Assembly (NCBI GenBank): GCA_951406725.2
Contig: OX597819.1
Coordinates: 21,576,001-21,640,000 of the forward strand
Reading direction: 5' to 3'
Length of the DNA stretch: 64,000 nucleotides
DNA from: Octopus vulgaris
Lineage: Eukaryota
Below the pieces are notes generated by a model. That model saw only the letters and a program-made list of their open reading frames with translations. It was not told where the DNA came from and did not search any database. Numbering within the stretch: position 1 is the stretch's first letter; every line of letters starts with the position of its first letter. Both the position numbers and the translations under genes were made by a program. Of this stretch, positions 38,883 to 54,890 are shown piece by piece.

Positions 38883-39475
38883 AACATCACTGTAGACATT
38901 AATAACATTTCGATACAGGTGGGAGCGTTGAATTTCAGAAGTTTCATTTCAGCAGATTATTAAAATGTTTCTAACGCAGCTTAAGGTCGATGAATTCATT
39001 ATAAATGAAATCATGAAGATGATGCTGACTTCTCTGTGCAAGCCTTTCTTGCTTTTAGGCCTCATCTTAATACACGACACGTTTTGACACCACTACTATT
39101 AACTTGGTCGTTAATAGACTCAGCGCTGTTTCCAAATGTTTCAACAAGATATTTTACCTAAAGTCAGGGATAACAACCTCCTTCCTACAATTACGCTTGG
39201 AGGACGTGAAAAACAAGTGTGAGAGGTTAAAGATATTGTCTATGAGGAGGATTTTCTCCCAAAACTACTTCTTCTGTGAAATGAGTAAGCACGTCCAAAT
39301 ATACACGAATGTGTTATGGATGACTTTAAACACCGATAAATTCCAGCTTGAAAAATTTGCGACTTTAGTTAATAATTTCAGCTTTCCCAAGCTAGTACGT
39401 GTCAGAAAATAAGTTATTTGCAGCTTAACTATAACATCGGCAGCTTAAATTGACAATGGGCGACGGGTTCAGTGT

Positions 39476-39522
39476 CCGTAGCTGATGAAGCGCAATTCCG
39501 TTGAAATGCTTGTGCCATACGG
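39476..39522 (+). ncRNA. Decayed hammerhead motif
   Basis: CCGTAG-CTGATGA-AGCG caattc CGTT-GAAA-TGC tt GTG-CC-ATACGG; core and stems I and II retained, stem III and cleavage triplet mutated. Confidence 0.5.
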
Positions 39523-40078
39523 CCCGATGTCGTCATTCATAACCCTGTGATGTAGGAAAAATATTGCGAATTATGTATCGAGACTCTTTCTGAGTTTACA
39601 CGAACGTCATAAATATGATTGTACGCAACTGTACTTAAAAACTCAATAATTAATTCAAATATTTTACTTGAATGTTGTTACTTCAGAACCAACCCGTATA
39701 TTTAGCAACTACAGATAAAAATAATTCACTTTGCCTTAAATAATTTGTGCCTCTCTCCGATACAGCACAAACAACCTATTTCTTGTTTCTCACTCGAAAA
39801 TCCATCCAAGTATGTTTATTTTATTCATGCATTCGTAGCATACAGACGCAAAAAACCATCTCGGTTATCATTTTCCACATTTCCAACACACTTAACAGCC
39901 CACAGAATAGTGAAATCATTTCATCTCTCTCACCATTCTCATTCTTGACTCTTCGCGAATATTTCGGGTTATTTAAACGTACATCTATCTTTTCTAACAC
40001 TTTTTGCCCGCCAGTATGTGTGCGAGTGTAGATGCGTGCAAGTGTAAGCGTATTTGCCTACGTGTGTGTGTATGCATT

Positions 40079-40161
<83 letters not shown>

Positions 40162-40267
40162 ATATATATATACGTGCATAAACATTCCATGTCTATTTTA
40201 AGATCACCTTCACAACTAGCATCGTAAATAAAATTTTCGTTCAGCAAAGGCATAACTTCATCTTTGT

Positions 40268-40299
<32 letters not shown>

Positions 40300-42223
40300 A
40301 CACACACACACACACAGCACAACACACACAACGCGCTCACACACGGACGCACACATTCCCTCTCTCTCTCTCTTTCTCCTCCTCTCACTCACTCACACAC
40401 GTATATCCATGATTATATATGCACACACAGACATAACTAACGTGTTTGAGAAAGAAAACGATACGTTTTCCCATTCTCTTTCAGCAAGAATTAATCTTTC
40501 CTAAGTTTACTGGAAATGGGTGAATAAATAGCACACGTAGTAAAATGGTAGGCCAGAATTTATTTCGTACCTTCGCTGTTCCAAGTTCAAACCCTACCGC
40601 TGCAGACTTTGCTTTGCAATTCGGTACAAGTTTTAACGGACAAATCAAGTGGCCAATGCATTTTTGACACCCAGAGAATGACAAGAGAGCATCTGTGCAC
40701 TATTCTTCAATACGTATTACAAGGGATGTTGTTGCATCTCAGGTGGGTCATTGTACTAATAATAAACACGTTACCTCTGGTTCTGTTTCACTTCTTTACT
40801 AAGTGCTTGTCATTTGGTTAACTATTTGATCAGTTAACTAATCGATTATTTAATAAATATTTCGGTTAATCAAACGGGTTTGTAAAAGGCTTTTTGTCAC
40901 CATTCGCGATTTCATCAATGACATGCCATTATGAGAAAAGCACCCAACTTTTCGTCAACTTTTAGACACACTGCTGTGTGTGTGTGTATGTATATATGTG
41001 TGTGCGTGAGTGTTTGTGCATGTGTGTGTGTACCACAGGCTTCCTCACAGTTTCTTTCACCTAATGTCGATCACAAGTTACAGATGGTGCTGCGAATTAG
41101 AATCATTGTAGACTTTGTCTTCTATCCTACTCTGACATCGATAATACCTTACCAGATCAATATTTGTCAGCATGACTGACATTACTCCAACTTGGCCACA
41201 ATTAGATTATTGAAATAAGTAAAGAGGAATAAAACAATATACAATTTTGTTAAGCAGAGTGCACTGTTTCCCTTTTGGAAATGAATCCCCATAGCTGTCT
41301 TGATGTGAAAAACATTTTTCAATGGCCACTTTGGAGGGAAATTGCACCAACCCTGGCTATTTTCAAACTATTTATTACTGGTATATCTATGGTAGATTGT
41401 TAGACTTTGACTGCAGATCTGGTTTCAAAACTTGAACGAGAATGGAGCCCGCTAAACGGGGGCAATGTGTCACGTAGTGAGAGAAAACAGAAGTGAGAGG
41501 TCGAGTTTACCAAGCAAGAATTCAAACGATTCCTTAGACGTGCTTCCTTATAGTGTTCGCCAGCCAAGGTAGAAGAAACTTGGTCAAGGCATCTCCTAAA
41601 GAAATCGAACCAGAAATCCCATCGTTGTCAAGTGAACTAGTTAACCACACAGATATCCAATACGTACGCATCAATTTTTATTACAGCAACTTTAAAACGT
41701 AATTAGTACGGATGGAATTAGTAAAGTTATCAATGGTTCTACAGGGAAATTAAAGTAAAACATACTTGATACTAAAGCAAAGCTCCGTAACTGAATTAAA
41801 ACTTTTGCCAGATTAAAACTGTAATGTCAAGATATTTAATGAACAGTTGTTATCCTACAGATAAAAATTTTCTCTGCTAATTTGCATTCAGAATTGTTTG
41901 AGGTATTTTCTTTGCCAATAAAATATGTTTACAATTCTTCTGATAATTCTTTCTATGCATTCACATGTGGCTATTTTTCCTTTCGTTTTATATATAAATT
42001 GACCATTTCACACCGACAGATGAAGCAGGCTAGATTAGTTTCAGGATTTGAGGATTAACGAAAGCTTAGACTAATCTTGTTTACTTTTATTGGGCTCTTG
42101 ATACTATAACGCACACACACACACGCACACACACATACGCACACATATACACACACACACACACAGAGAGAAACGCACCAAAATACAATCGCATACATAA
42201 TTACGCACACATGGATGCACAAG

Positions 42224-42286
<63 letters not shown>

Positions 42287-42649
42287 TATAAATATATATA
42301 TATATATGAGAGAGAGATATAAATATATATATATATTATAATGTAAATTCAAATCGAATTGCACAACAAGCAGATATTTCAAATAGATTTTACATATACA
42401 GAGCGAACGATGTTTTGAAACGTTTGAAAAGAAAGCACCAGGACAAAGTTTTGTTAAAAAGAAGAGAGAAGGGGGAAAACAAACGGAGAAGAAGAGAAAT
42501 GTTAGTGGTGAAACATGGGAACTTAGTGACGAAAGCATTTGGGTTGAAAGAATACTAGCGGATTGCTAAGTCAAGCAGTCAAAGAGCAACTACTGTAAAA
42601 GGACTACTCCGACCAGCGGCCAGGTCCGAAAGATTTAGAAAACAGAACA

Positions 42650-43177
<528 letters not shown>

Positions 43178-43749
43178 TGAGAGAATGGAAGAGGAAAGGT
43201 AGAGAAAAGCATGTAAGTCCTTTCAAACGAAGCCATTCTGAATAATAGCGTTAAATAGTTCCAGCGATTTGGTTCAGAGGTTCAACGAAAGCTTTAGACC
43301 CTAAGAAATATATGAAAAGTGAAGATTCCAGTTATTGCGAGTCCTTCAACGGTTAAAGGAATTCTCAAAACAATATAACAGTTTCTCTAATTTCTAAAAG
43401 ACCTTTTATCAAGTTATTTGCCAAATAGATACATGAGTGTGTTTGCGTGTAACATTGATGTGCATGTACATCGATATATATATATATACTCATACATACA
43501 CGCGTATACATATACACTCACGCAAATATATATTCATGTATGCAAAATTGTTTCACAGGGGCAATGATGGAGCTCTGTCCTGTAAATTTACTCCAACAAT
43601 TCGAAACCAGTAGTCGTCAGATTGTCTGGTAATTATTCTGTCAGGCAGGCAGATCCACTTAGTTCTGAGGACATAAACAAACCAATGTCGGTTGTCAAGT
43701 TGTGGTGAGAGACAACCACTGACGCAAGTGTTTATATATGTATGTATAT

Positions 43750-43830
<81 letters not shown>

Positions 43831-43834
<4 letters not shown>

Positions 43835-44810
43835 GGTTGGACAAAATAATAGGAACAGTATAAAATTTCAAACAAATTTCTTTTAATATGGAGTTGGACC
43901 GCCTTTGACAGTAATTACAGCTTGAATTCTTGTAGTAATGATGGTGGAGGATATCGACTCCTTAATTGTTTTTCTAAAATGCACCATACATGTCCAATAC
44001 TATTGAGATCTGGGCACTGTGGTGACCAGAGAAGATGTTCAACTTCACTAGAATGTTCCTCGTGCCATTCAGTAACAACTTAGGTGTGTAAATTGGTGCA
44101 TTATCATCGCGAAAGATTGCGTTTCCCTCCGGAATCAGTTACATAGCTATAGGATAAATTTGATGCGATAAAAGGCTTAAATAGTCTTAACTATTAATTC
44201 TGCCATTAAGGGAAACCATGATACCGGCGGATTTCCAAGATATAGCCGCCCAAATCATCACAGATCCTCCTCCATGTTTAACAATTGGAAGAAGGCCGTC
44301 TGGGTCAAATGCTTCTTTTGACTGTCTCCACACGTATACTCGGTCGGTGGTCGGAAAGAAGGTAAAGGATGACTTATCCGAGAAAATGACGTTTCCCACT
44401 AGTCCAGGGACCAATTCTGTAGGTTTTTACCCCACTCTAAACGCTTCGGAACGTTTGTTTTTGAAAGTAGTGGTTTTCTGATTGCAGCCCTCTCGTGAAA
44501 TCCGGTTTTGTGCAGCTCCCGGCGAACAGTTTTTGTGGAAACTGGGTTCTCGAGGTGGTCATGAATCTCTTCAATAATTTTGGGAGCTGTACTTTTGTGA
44601 TCCTTTCTAACAATTTGCGACGGTCCTTATCTGGAAATTTTGGTTTTCTTCCGGAGATTTGTTTCGACGAGGAGGTTTTCCCTCTTTCTCAAAGGGTGTC
44701 ATTACTTTCGAGATATTACTTCTTGATACACCAAACATTTCGGCTGTTGTCGTTAAGCTAGCGCCTGCCATACGAGCACCAACATTTTGACTTCTTTGAA
44801 AGTCCAATAG
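43831..44810 (-). mobile_element. Decayed Tc1-family transposon
   Basis: DFQRSQNVGARMAGASLTTTAEMFGVSRSNISKV (HTH); VIFSDKSSF...VKHGGGSVMIWAAIS; WSPQCPDLNSIG. One terminus TA|CAGAGGTTGGACAAAATAAT. Confidence 0.9.
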
Positions 44811-45682
44811 ATGGGTAAATTGTCGCTAATCTATATTTTTAATTTCACGCATGCACCTTGATTGTTTTTCGATTTTGTCGACCACACACTATTGTAGGGT
44901 GTGGTGGGTATTTACTGTGAGAGGAACAGCATCATGACGTAATTCACTCTGCCAGAAATTTGGAAACGACATGCTGTACTGCTTGGCATTCGCGGCGGAA
45001 GCTCCATTACGAAAACTCTGAGGTCAGTGCAATCTGAGGCCATGTACTGCGGGGGATACAAATCAAACATCCAGTCAACTATTTGATGTTTGGAGTGATC
45101 ACTAGTGATGGCGACGTTATGCCTCCATTCATCTTCCCACACGACCGTAGACTAAACAGAGAGGCCCAGAGCAAGTACCTGCAGGAGGTAATACTACCCT
45201 GGGTCAACAGGGTGGATGCTGGAAGACACTATGTCTAGCAACAGGACCCCGCCACAAAAGCGGGAGCATCCAGTCATGGCTGTCAGATAATTCTAGCGAC
45301 CACAACACCCCCTAACATCTGGTCATCTAATTCCCCAGATTGTGAACCACTTGATTATTATGAGTAGGGCCCAGTTGAGCGAGAGACCAACAAAACTCCT
45401 TGTAACACCAAGGCAAGTATTATGGCAGCATTCGCCAAATGAAGGCAAGGCTTATGACAGCATTCACCAACTAAAATAGGGAGGACGTCCAGAAGAGTTG
45501 CAGGAGATTTCGAAGACGTGTAGCGGCCGTGGTTGAAGCCAATGATATTTCTATTAAATAAATTTACTCTTTACTATTTCAAGATATATTTTATGTACCT
45601 TTGGTAAATACATCTGTTAAAACGAGGTGTCAGTGTTATTTTCATGTCAGCGTAATTTACACAATTTATTCACCGCACTCTG
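44811..45682 (+). mobile_element. Decayed, internally deleted Tc1/mariner-superfamily transposon, maT (DD37D)-like
   Basis: IKHPVNYLMFGVITSDGDVMPPFIF...LQEVILPWV...QQDPA...IWSSNSPDCEPLDYY. Right terminus reverse complement TA|CAGAGTGCGGTGAATAAATTG. Confidence 0.8.
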
Positions 45683-45740
45683 TATGTATGTGTGTATGTT
45701 TGTGTGTGTGTGTGTATGTGTGTGTAGACGAGCTACCAAA

Positions 45741-45968
45741 CGGCGAGCTAGCAGAATCGTTAGCACGTCGGGCGAAATGCTTAGCGGTATTTCGGCTGCT
45801 GTTACGTTGTGAGTTCAAATTCCGCCGAGGTCGACTTTGCCTTTCATCCTTTCGGGGTCGATAAATTAAGTACCAGTTAAGTACTGGGGTCGATATACTC
45901 GACTTAATACCTATGTCTGTCAATCTTTGTCCCCTCTATGTTTAGCCCCTTGTGGGTAATAAAGAAAT
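45741..45968 (+). mobile_element. SINE family B (Nin-domain-like)
   Basis: Near-identical to 33434 and 52837; ends AAAGAAAT; sits within a degenerate minus-strand family A copy. Confidence 0.9.
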
Positions 45969-46376
45969 AGGTTTCCGTCTACCATATTGACCCACAAGAC
46001 ATTAAATGGACCGTGGGATAAGATTCCCCAACTAGCTACGCTTTGGGACTGAACCAGGGATCACGTTGACGTTAAGCGAACCATTTAACTAGAAACAAAA
46101 AGCCTCCATAAATATACTAAAATAAAATATGATACAATATACACGCATACGTATACATATAGACGTGTATGCGTGTGTGTAACCTACTGGTTCAGTTGAG
46201 AGGCACTTAACGGGTGAGCTGTTTACCAAAATCTACGAAGGGCGATGACATACGAAATTACTGTTTAATATTCAAGATTCAACTTTTACTGAGTGACACT
46301 GAGAGGTCAGAGATAACGGTTTACGTTAACTGTTTAATACTGTCTAGAGAATTTCTATCAAATTTCGTTATGCAAG

Positions 46377-46416
<40 letters not shown>

Positions 46417-46464
46417 ATACATACATACATACACACACACACAGAAACACACACATACACACAC

Positions 46465-46498
<34 letters not shown>

Positions 46499-46539
46499 GC
46501 ATGTATGTATGAATGTATATATACGTATATATATATACG

Positions 46540-46581
<42 letters not shown>

Positions 46582-46942
46582 AACGTACATACATATATTT
46601 GCATACACACGCACACACGTATATATATATATATACATATATTATTCTATGTGTAGACATATGTATATATCATATATGTATGTTTATGTTTACATACATA
46701 CGTATATATGAGTGAGGAAGTGAGAAAGAACGAGAGAGGCGTTTGTAATTTCTCCGTTTCTCCCTGACTCTGTGATAGCCTGATTGTGGGTGTATAATTT
46801 TATTTGTATATATTTTCACTCAGTCGAGTGCATTTATATATGTATATAAATATAAATATAATACACACACACGCGCACACATGTATGTCTGTCTATCAAT
46901 CTCTATTTCCGTCACTCGCTCTCTGTCTTTAAGTTTGCATAT

Positions 46943-46975
<33 letters not shown>

Positions 46976-47083
46976 GATAGATATACACACCGATCTTCAA
47001 GCATATATATATTTATATATGCACACATGATGTGATGGCTGCCCTCTCGTTATCGAGTATGGCCATATATATCTATATATATA

Positions 47084-47225
<142 letters not shown>

Positions 47226-47233
47226 TATGATAA

Positions 47234-47294
<61 letters not shown>

Positions 47295-47993
47295 CAAACC
47301 GATCTTTAAACATTTATGTATTTATATATGCTCACATACACACATACATTCACACAGATTACTCCATTTTCTGCGTTTAGTGATGGTAATTATGTTATAC
47401 TAACAGATATTAGATATTTTCTGCCGCTAAGCTAAACAACTTCTACACCAAATCTTTGTCTGTTGCCAAGAATGTTTATATATATCACGTCTCGCTACTT
47501 GTCTATCTTAGCACAACCTCCATAGCAACGCTTATTCCTTTCAACCAAAGACGCTAAACCTTATTCGTAAATTCTCTAATTCTGCTATTCACTTTTAATA
47601 TAATCATTAAAAATGTGCTACATGTTTTTATTATGTATTTGTTTGTTGTTTTCCTACGATTTATGTTCTTATTGTTTTTCTTTTTGTTTTGGTTATCTGT
47701 GGTGTGGGGGTGTATGTGAGAGTATACGTGCGTGTGTGTGTGTGTGATCATGAGTATGAGTAAGTGTGTGTGTGTGGGGGGGTTATATTTTATTTTTATT
47801 TTCTTTACTTTTGGATGCTTAGAACGTGGGGTGATTCTGGAATTCCGTTGGCACCATTTGAAAAAGATTTAATGTCATCACACACCCACATACATACGTA
47901 CGCATATATATATTTACATGCATGTATGTATATATATATATGTGCGTGTGTGTATACGTATATGTATACCTTTATATATGTATGCAAATATAT

Positions 47994-48031
<38 letters not shown>

Positions 48032-48033
<2 letters not shown>

Positions 48034-48366
48034 TTTTACTCTTTTACTTGTTTCAGTCATGTGAATGTGGCCATGCTGGAGCACCGCCTATTAGTAAAGC
48101 AAATCGAACCCAGGACTTATTCTTTGTAAGCCTCGTACTTATTCTATCGATCTCTATTCTATCGGGGATGCAAACACACCACGATCGGTTGTCAAGCGAT
48201 GATGGGAGGGGGCAAACACAGACACACAAACATATACACCCCCACAGACACTCACATATACATACATATATACGACGGGCTTCTTTCAGTTTCCGTCTAC
48301 CAAATCCACTCACAAGGCACCATGTGGTTCGTAAGGAAGCTACTTACCACCAAAGCCACTCCTACG

Positions 48367-48369
<3 letters not shown>
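48032..48369 (-). mobile_element. SINE family A copy with deletions
   Basis: Reverse complement of family A. Confidence 0.8.
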
Positions 48370-48399
<30 letters not shown>

Positions 48400-48427
48400 T
48401 ATATATATATATATATATATATATACA

Positions 48428-48820
48428 CTAGCAGTATCTCCCGGCGTTGCTCGGTTTGTAAGGGAAATAACTATATAAGCATTTTTAGAGATGTAAAGTA
48501 TAATAGCCATCTCAATATGGCTAACCACAAAGGGTGGTGTTACTGTAGCTTTGTACGTTCTGAGATTTAATAATACATTTTTAGAGAGTTACTTCCCATA
48601 TATAACAGCAAAAATTGCATTAAAAATGGGAAAAAATTATGGTAATTTTTTTTTTTAATCGTAGACTCATCGTAGACGCGCGCTAATACCCAAAAGGGCT
48701 TGATATGAATCACGACTATAAGATACCCGCTTTCGGTTACACTGCACCGCAAAATGTGGGAGTAGTTAGGAATCTAAATCGTAGGAGACAGACACACAAC
48801 TTCACTTTTATATATAAAGA
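48428..48820 (-). mobile_element. Non-autonomous Helitron-like element, copy 2
   Basis: Minus strand A|TCTTTATATATAAAAG ... CCGAGCAACGCCGGGAGATACTGCTAG|T. Confidence 0.85.
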
Positions 48821-49417
48821 TATACATATTTTATGCACGTATCTATATATTTCACAAACCTCTGTGTGTGTATGTGTGTGTGTGTGCGTGTGTGTGTGTG
48901 TGTGCAACGCACATTCCATCAGCATCAATTCAAAGATGTATCCCTAAAATTCTAATATTGAAATACATTTTTCAAATCCTCCCCCCTCGAAATCCCGCTT
49001 AGCTTTTCCTTTCTTTTAACTTGTTGTTTAATTAATTTCCCTGTTTTAGAATTGTGTTTTGTTTTTGTCTTCTCGCACCACCGGCACCGGCAGCAACAGA
49101 ATAACTTTAAAGAGATCGACAATAATGTCTACCGACCACCATGTTTGATTCTTTAGCAACAACTTTTCGCTTAAAACGTTTTGCACCAAATTCTTTGAAT
49201 TGGCACGGGCGTTCTTGTACTAGATGTTAAAATACTATCGAGTGCATTAACTTTACCATGCAGAAAAACTACTTCATAGAATACACACACACACACACAC
49301 ACATACACACATACACACATATACATATACCTTGAAGCATAACTCGTGTATATTTATAATAGCTAATGTGTATATTCTAGCATGTGTTTGTTATATCATT
49401 TGCTTACAAATATTTGT

Positions 49418-49459
<42 letters not shown>

Positions 49460-50119
49460 AGAGAGAGAGAGAGAGAGAGAGAGAAGTAGAGAAAACCAGA
49501 TTTCTTTTACAGGATTTTAGGGCATATTAGCGCCATGATAATAAAGATATTATACAATTTTTTTACAAAATAAGGTTTTGTTCTTTCAGCATAATTTCGC
49601 ATTCCTCATCAAAGAGTTGAAAGAGATAAATTGTTGGTGGGGGTATGAAATATTACAAGGGGAGACAATTGTTCACTCTCTCATTTTATAATAAATGGGA
49701 GGTAAATCTGTTATTTTCGTTGTTTTTTTTGTGTGTGTTATCTGTTTTTATTCTGGCTTACATCTTCCATTAGTCCTTTATTTTTAATATGCATTTATAT
49801 CTAGTTCTGGTTTCTATTTCTGGATACATGAAGCTTCTTTATTCAGTTTTACTTGTGTTAAAACCCAGAAGGCAGGTGGATAAAATGGAAAAAGATTCGA
49901 ATTGTGGTTGTAACAGTTTTGCTCTTTCGTCTACGTGCTGACTGAGGTATATTTGGCGATTTTATGGGAGGAAATTTGTTGCTTGTGCACCGTGCATCTC
50001 TTTCGGATCGAAGTTCCTCTTTAGCCAATACACTTTTGATGGCAGCCCGAGTTTCTGATTACGTACATGAGGTTTCGGAGATGCAAGTGAAGTTAGATTT
50101 GATTTTGAATATTATTATG

Positions 50120-50330
50120 CATGTGTTTGTGTGTCTGTCTGTCCCCTCCCAACATCGCCTGACAACCGATGCTCGTGTGTTTACGTTCCCGTAACTTAGC
50201 AGTTCGGCAAAAGAGACCGATAGAGTAAGTACTTGGCTAAGAAAGAAAGTCTTGGGTCGATTTGTTCAACTAAAGGTAGTGCTCCAGCATGGTCGCAGTC
50301 AAATGACTGAAGCAAGTAAAAGAATAAAGG
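50120..50330 (+). mobile_element. SINE family A 3' half
   Basis: GTTCGGCAAAAGAGACCGATAG...CAAATGACTGAAGCAAGTAAAAGA. Confidence 0.8.
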
Positions 50331-50331
50331 A

Positions 50332-50404
<73 letters not shown>

Positions 50405-51559
50405 AGAATGAGATAAAAAACCAACGTTGTGAAGATTTTAGAACTTCTATTCTTTTAGATACGATAAACATAGTAAATATTCGTAATAGTTATTATAGAG
50501 AAGATATGAAATACAGAGTGAAGTAGAGGAATGATAACAGACATGAGATACGAAAGGATATTGTATTTTCAGTTCCATTATTTAAGTAGAATGGTGTATA
50601 TATGTGTTTCTTCCACCTTTTGTGTGAGTTCCAATGGTGTTTATAATTGGTCATTCCAAGCATAGAGCCTTGCAAATGGTGTTATTCGATCGATCATACG
50701 TTGTTATTATTGGAAAGATTGAAAGTTTTACAGCTGTTTGTGAGATATCCCACAGTATGAGATACTCCGTCATCGAAAACAAATAGGGAACATGAGAAGG
50801 GTATAGTTTGCATGTATGTATGTATGTCTATGTGTGTGTGTGTGAGTGTGTTTCTGTACGTATATATGCACGTATATATGTATATATTTTGTATCTTTTC
50901 ATTTGTCTTGCTCCCTTACGTTCTGGCGTTTGCTAAAGTTTCTTGAGAACATTCTTTTCTTAGTGGCTAGACCATAGCGGGTCTTCTTCTAGCATAATGT
51001 ATGCCCGCTTACAGGTCATATATCTTTTATATGTATGTTATAAAATTTTTCTGAAACTTCAGATTTTTAAATATGCTAGGTCACAAATTTTAAATTGATA
51101 TTAATCAAATTAATATTCAATTTTTCAACCTTATTATTTTAAATTTAAATTTAAATAACTATGTTCCCTAACCGGCAAAATTCACTGCAGAGAATAATTT
51201 TCTGAAGAAATAGTTTGGTGCGCCAGAGCGAAGGCTTTTGAAAAGTCCACTTACAGGTCATCCCTTTTATATGTATGTGTGTATATTCTGCATATTATAG
51301 TTGCTAAGATAATCACACTGACGAGTTTGCGGATAACTACGTAAATAATTACGCAATACATATACATACATATATATATACATATATATATATGCATATG
51401 TATATATATTTATATGTTTATATGTATGTGTGTGTGTATACACACATCTGTGTATTTATGCTTGTATCTATCTTTCGCAATAATTACCTATATATCTGTC
51501 TTTTTATATCTCGTATCGTAACGTTTCTTATATCTCTAAAATATATCTTATATTCCATG

Positions 51560-51628
<69 letters not shown>

Positions 51629-51671
51629 CGTATATATATACTTATACATATACATACATACATATATATAC

Positions 51672-51740
<69 letters not shown>

Positions 51741-51899
51741 TGTGTGCTTATGCACACACACTAAAATATATCTTATATTCCATGGTATTTCATATAATTA
51801 CAAGTATATCTTAAAATATAGATATATACATGCATGTGTTCGTGCGTATGTGTGTTCATATGTCTATGCATGTTTTTATGCATATTCATACATATTTAC

Positions 51900-51934
<35 letters not shown>

Positions 51935-51993
51935 CGTGTGTGTGAGTGTGTGTGTGTGTGTGTGTGAGTGTGTGCTTATGCACACACACACGC

Positions 51994-52032
<39 letters not shown>

Positions 52033-52836
52033 CATAGAGGCATGTGTACAGATTTATATACCTATGTGTGTGTGTGGGTGTGTACGTCTGGATATATTCT
52101 ACAATTCTAGTCTGTCTCATAGTATTCTGTAGGTGGCAGGTCAATGCAGTTATGTAGTTTGTAGCCGACGAACATACGGCCGAACACGAAAACGAAAAAT
52201 CTAATAAACTAGGAAGTATAACAGACAAATCAAGGAATGATTGAATAACGTATATATGAATAAAGTAAACAGATGGAGCCGAACAAACTAGCTGATGGTC
52301 TACGCCGGCAATTAGTGAATATAAACAGTTCCAAAGTGGAATAAATTGGTTGATCTTGAAGACGAGAAAACTTATAAGATTTGAGTTGTAACTTTTCTGA
52401 CAATACGGAATAAATAAATGTTGGTTAGTAAAAGTATGTGAACAAATACGCAATGAAGAATAATGGAGGCAAGTAAATAGTGAAGATTGGAGAATAGAGG
52501 AGAGAAAGAAGATGCGACATGTGTTGGAGTAAATGGACGAAAAAGACACCGTCACTGTCACATTTGAAAAACGAGGAAGCACCACACAGAAATTGAAGAG
52601 ACTGGTATAAATAGTGTTATGCGTTCTGAAACGACGTTGAAGGCGCCGAAGTTGGCAGAAGCACGGCGAACCAAATGCTTAGCACCATTGTTTCTAGTTC
52701 TCTTGATTCTACCAATCAATGTTGTTGCTTTTTTTTTAATTAAAATAATCAAGTACTCAGAGAGACTTGGAGCATAATTGGGGGGGATTCATATTTAGAA
52801 ATAAACAAGGGGTACGAATTACTATATAAAGTAGCA

Positions 52837-53068
52837 AGGCGGCGAGCTGGCAGAAACGTTAGCACGCCGGGCGAAATGCGTACCCGTATTTCGTTTGCCC
52901 TTACGTTCTGAGTTCAAATTCCGCCGAGGTCCACTTTGCCCTTCATCCTTTCGGGGGTCGATAAATTAAGTATGAGTTGCGCACTGGGGTCGATATAATC
53001 GACTTAATCCCTTTGTCTGTCCTTGTTTGTCCCCTCTGTGTTTAGCCCCTTGTGGGTAGTAAAGAAAT
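52837..53068 (+). mobile_element. SINE family B (Nin-domain-like), full length, 14-bp TSD
   Basis: TSD TATATAAAGTAGCA at 52823-52836 and 53070-53083; ends AAAGAAAT. Confidence 0.9.
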
Positions 53069-54114
53069 ATATATAAAGTAGCATGTGGCATACAGCAAGC
53101 ATATCAGAGCGGAGAACATCGATTCCGGTATTGATGGTGTTGCTGGTACTGTTATTGTTGTTGATTATGATAATGATGATGATGATGAGGAGGAGGAGGA
53201 GGAAGATAATGATGATGTTGTGAGACACGTAGATTTCTCTCTCATTACATTGTTGCTGGTGTTGTTTATAAGGTTGTCTGAATTACTGTCAAAATGATCG
53301 AATCATAATAGGGCTTTGGGGTTTGGCTATGAATAAAATTATGGAAATTAAGGGACAAATATAGGATAGACAAATTGCTTGGGAAAGGAGCACCTGATCA
53401 AGAGATCTCTTTTCAAGTAAAGAAGAGGTTTTATGGGAATTTCAGTAGAAAGGAATTGAAAATAAGGGAGCGCAGTCGGCTAAATTGACAGGGATCACGA
53501 GTGAAAAGGGATGGGAATCTATTTTGGGAGTTTAGGTTATTGGTTTCAGAGTGTTGATCGCTTGTCGTCAATAGTTATGGTTAGCGGAACAGAATGCCGT
53601 TTGCTGATTTCCTGCCATCACCATTCAAAGAAACAGGATCCTACAAGTATTGACAGCATGGACCAGGGGCTTAATTTTTATAAAAGTATGATTAATACTT
53701 CTACTGTGAGCTTGTTCCGACTCTCTTATTTGGATCCATTCGGTAACCAGGTGTCAGAATCTTGCGATGGATTCGTCTATAGTATTTGGAGACTGAATAT
53801 ATATCAGTGTATATTTAACTTTTCTGATCAGTTTAGATATAACATTATTTTCTAAATGACAGGCGTTTGTACACGTGAGTTTACTCGATACGTTTATCTC
53901 CCTAAAATCACTTCCGATGCATTGATTTGTGCTATTACTCTGAATTTTTGGTGGGTATTTTATTGCCAAATAGTGAATAAATGTATCTGCCTTTTACACT
54001 AGCCGCTACGATATATACTATGTATTTAATATTTAAACACAAAACGTCTATCAGAAATGTTATGTTTGAAATATGTTGCATCATAACTGCTGTATATATA
54101 TATATATATATACG

Positions 54115-54580
<466 letters not shown>

Positions 54581-54766
54581 AAAGAATATAGATATACACA
54601 TATATATGCATATATGTGTGTATATATATTTGCAGATATACATATATCTACAATATATATGTGTGTGCGCGTGTGTGTGTATGTATGTGTGTATACATGC
54701 ATATATATATGTATCTATATAAATACATATGTATTTATATATGTATGTATATATATATACATACAT

Positions 54767-54813
<47 letters not shown>

Positions 54814-54850
54814 CATATATACATACACACACACATATATATATATACAT

Positions 54851-54890
<40 letters not shown>

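Noticed and set aside
47455-47532. RFX X-box half sites (GTTGCC, CCATAGCAAC)
   Set aside because: The halves are separate and do not form a full X-box.
53320-53970. Possible old APE endonuclease remnant on the minus strand
   Set aside because: Only vague similarity (LIYIQSPN) with many stops; not supportable by eye.
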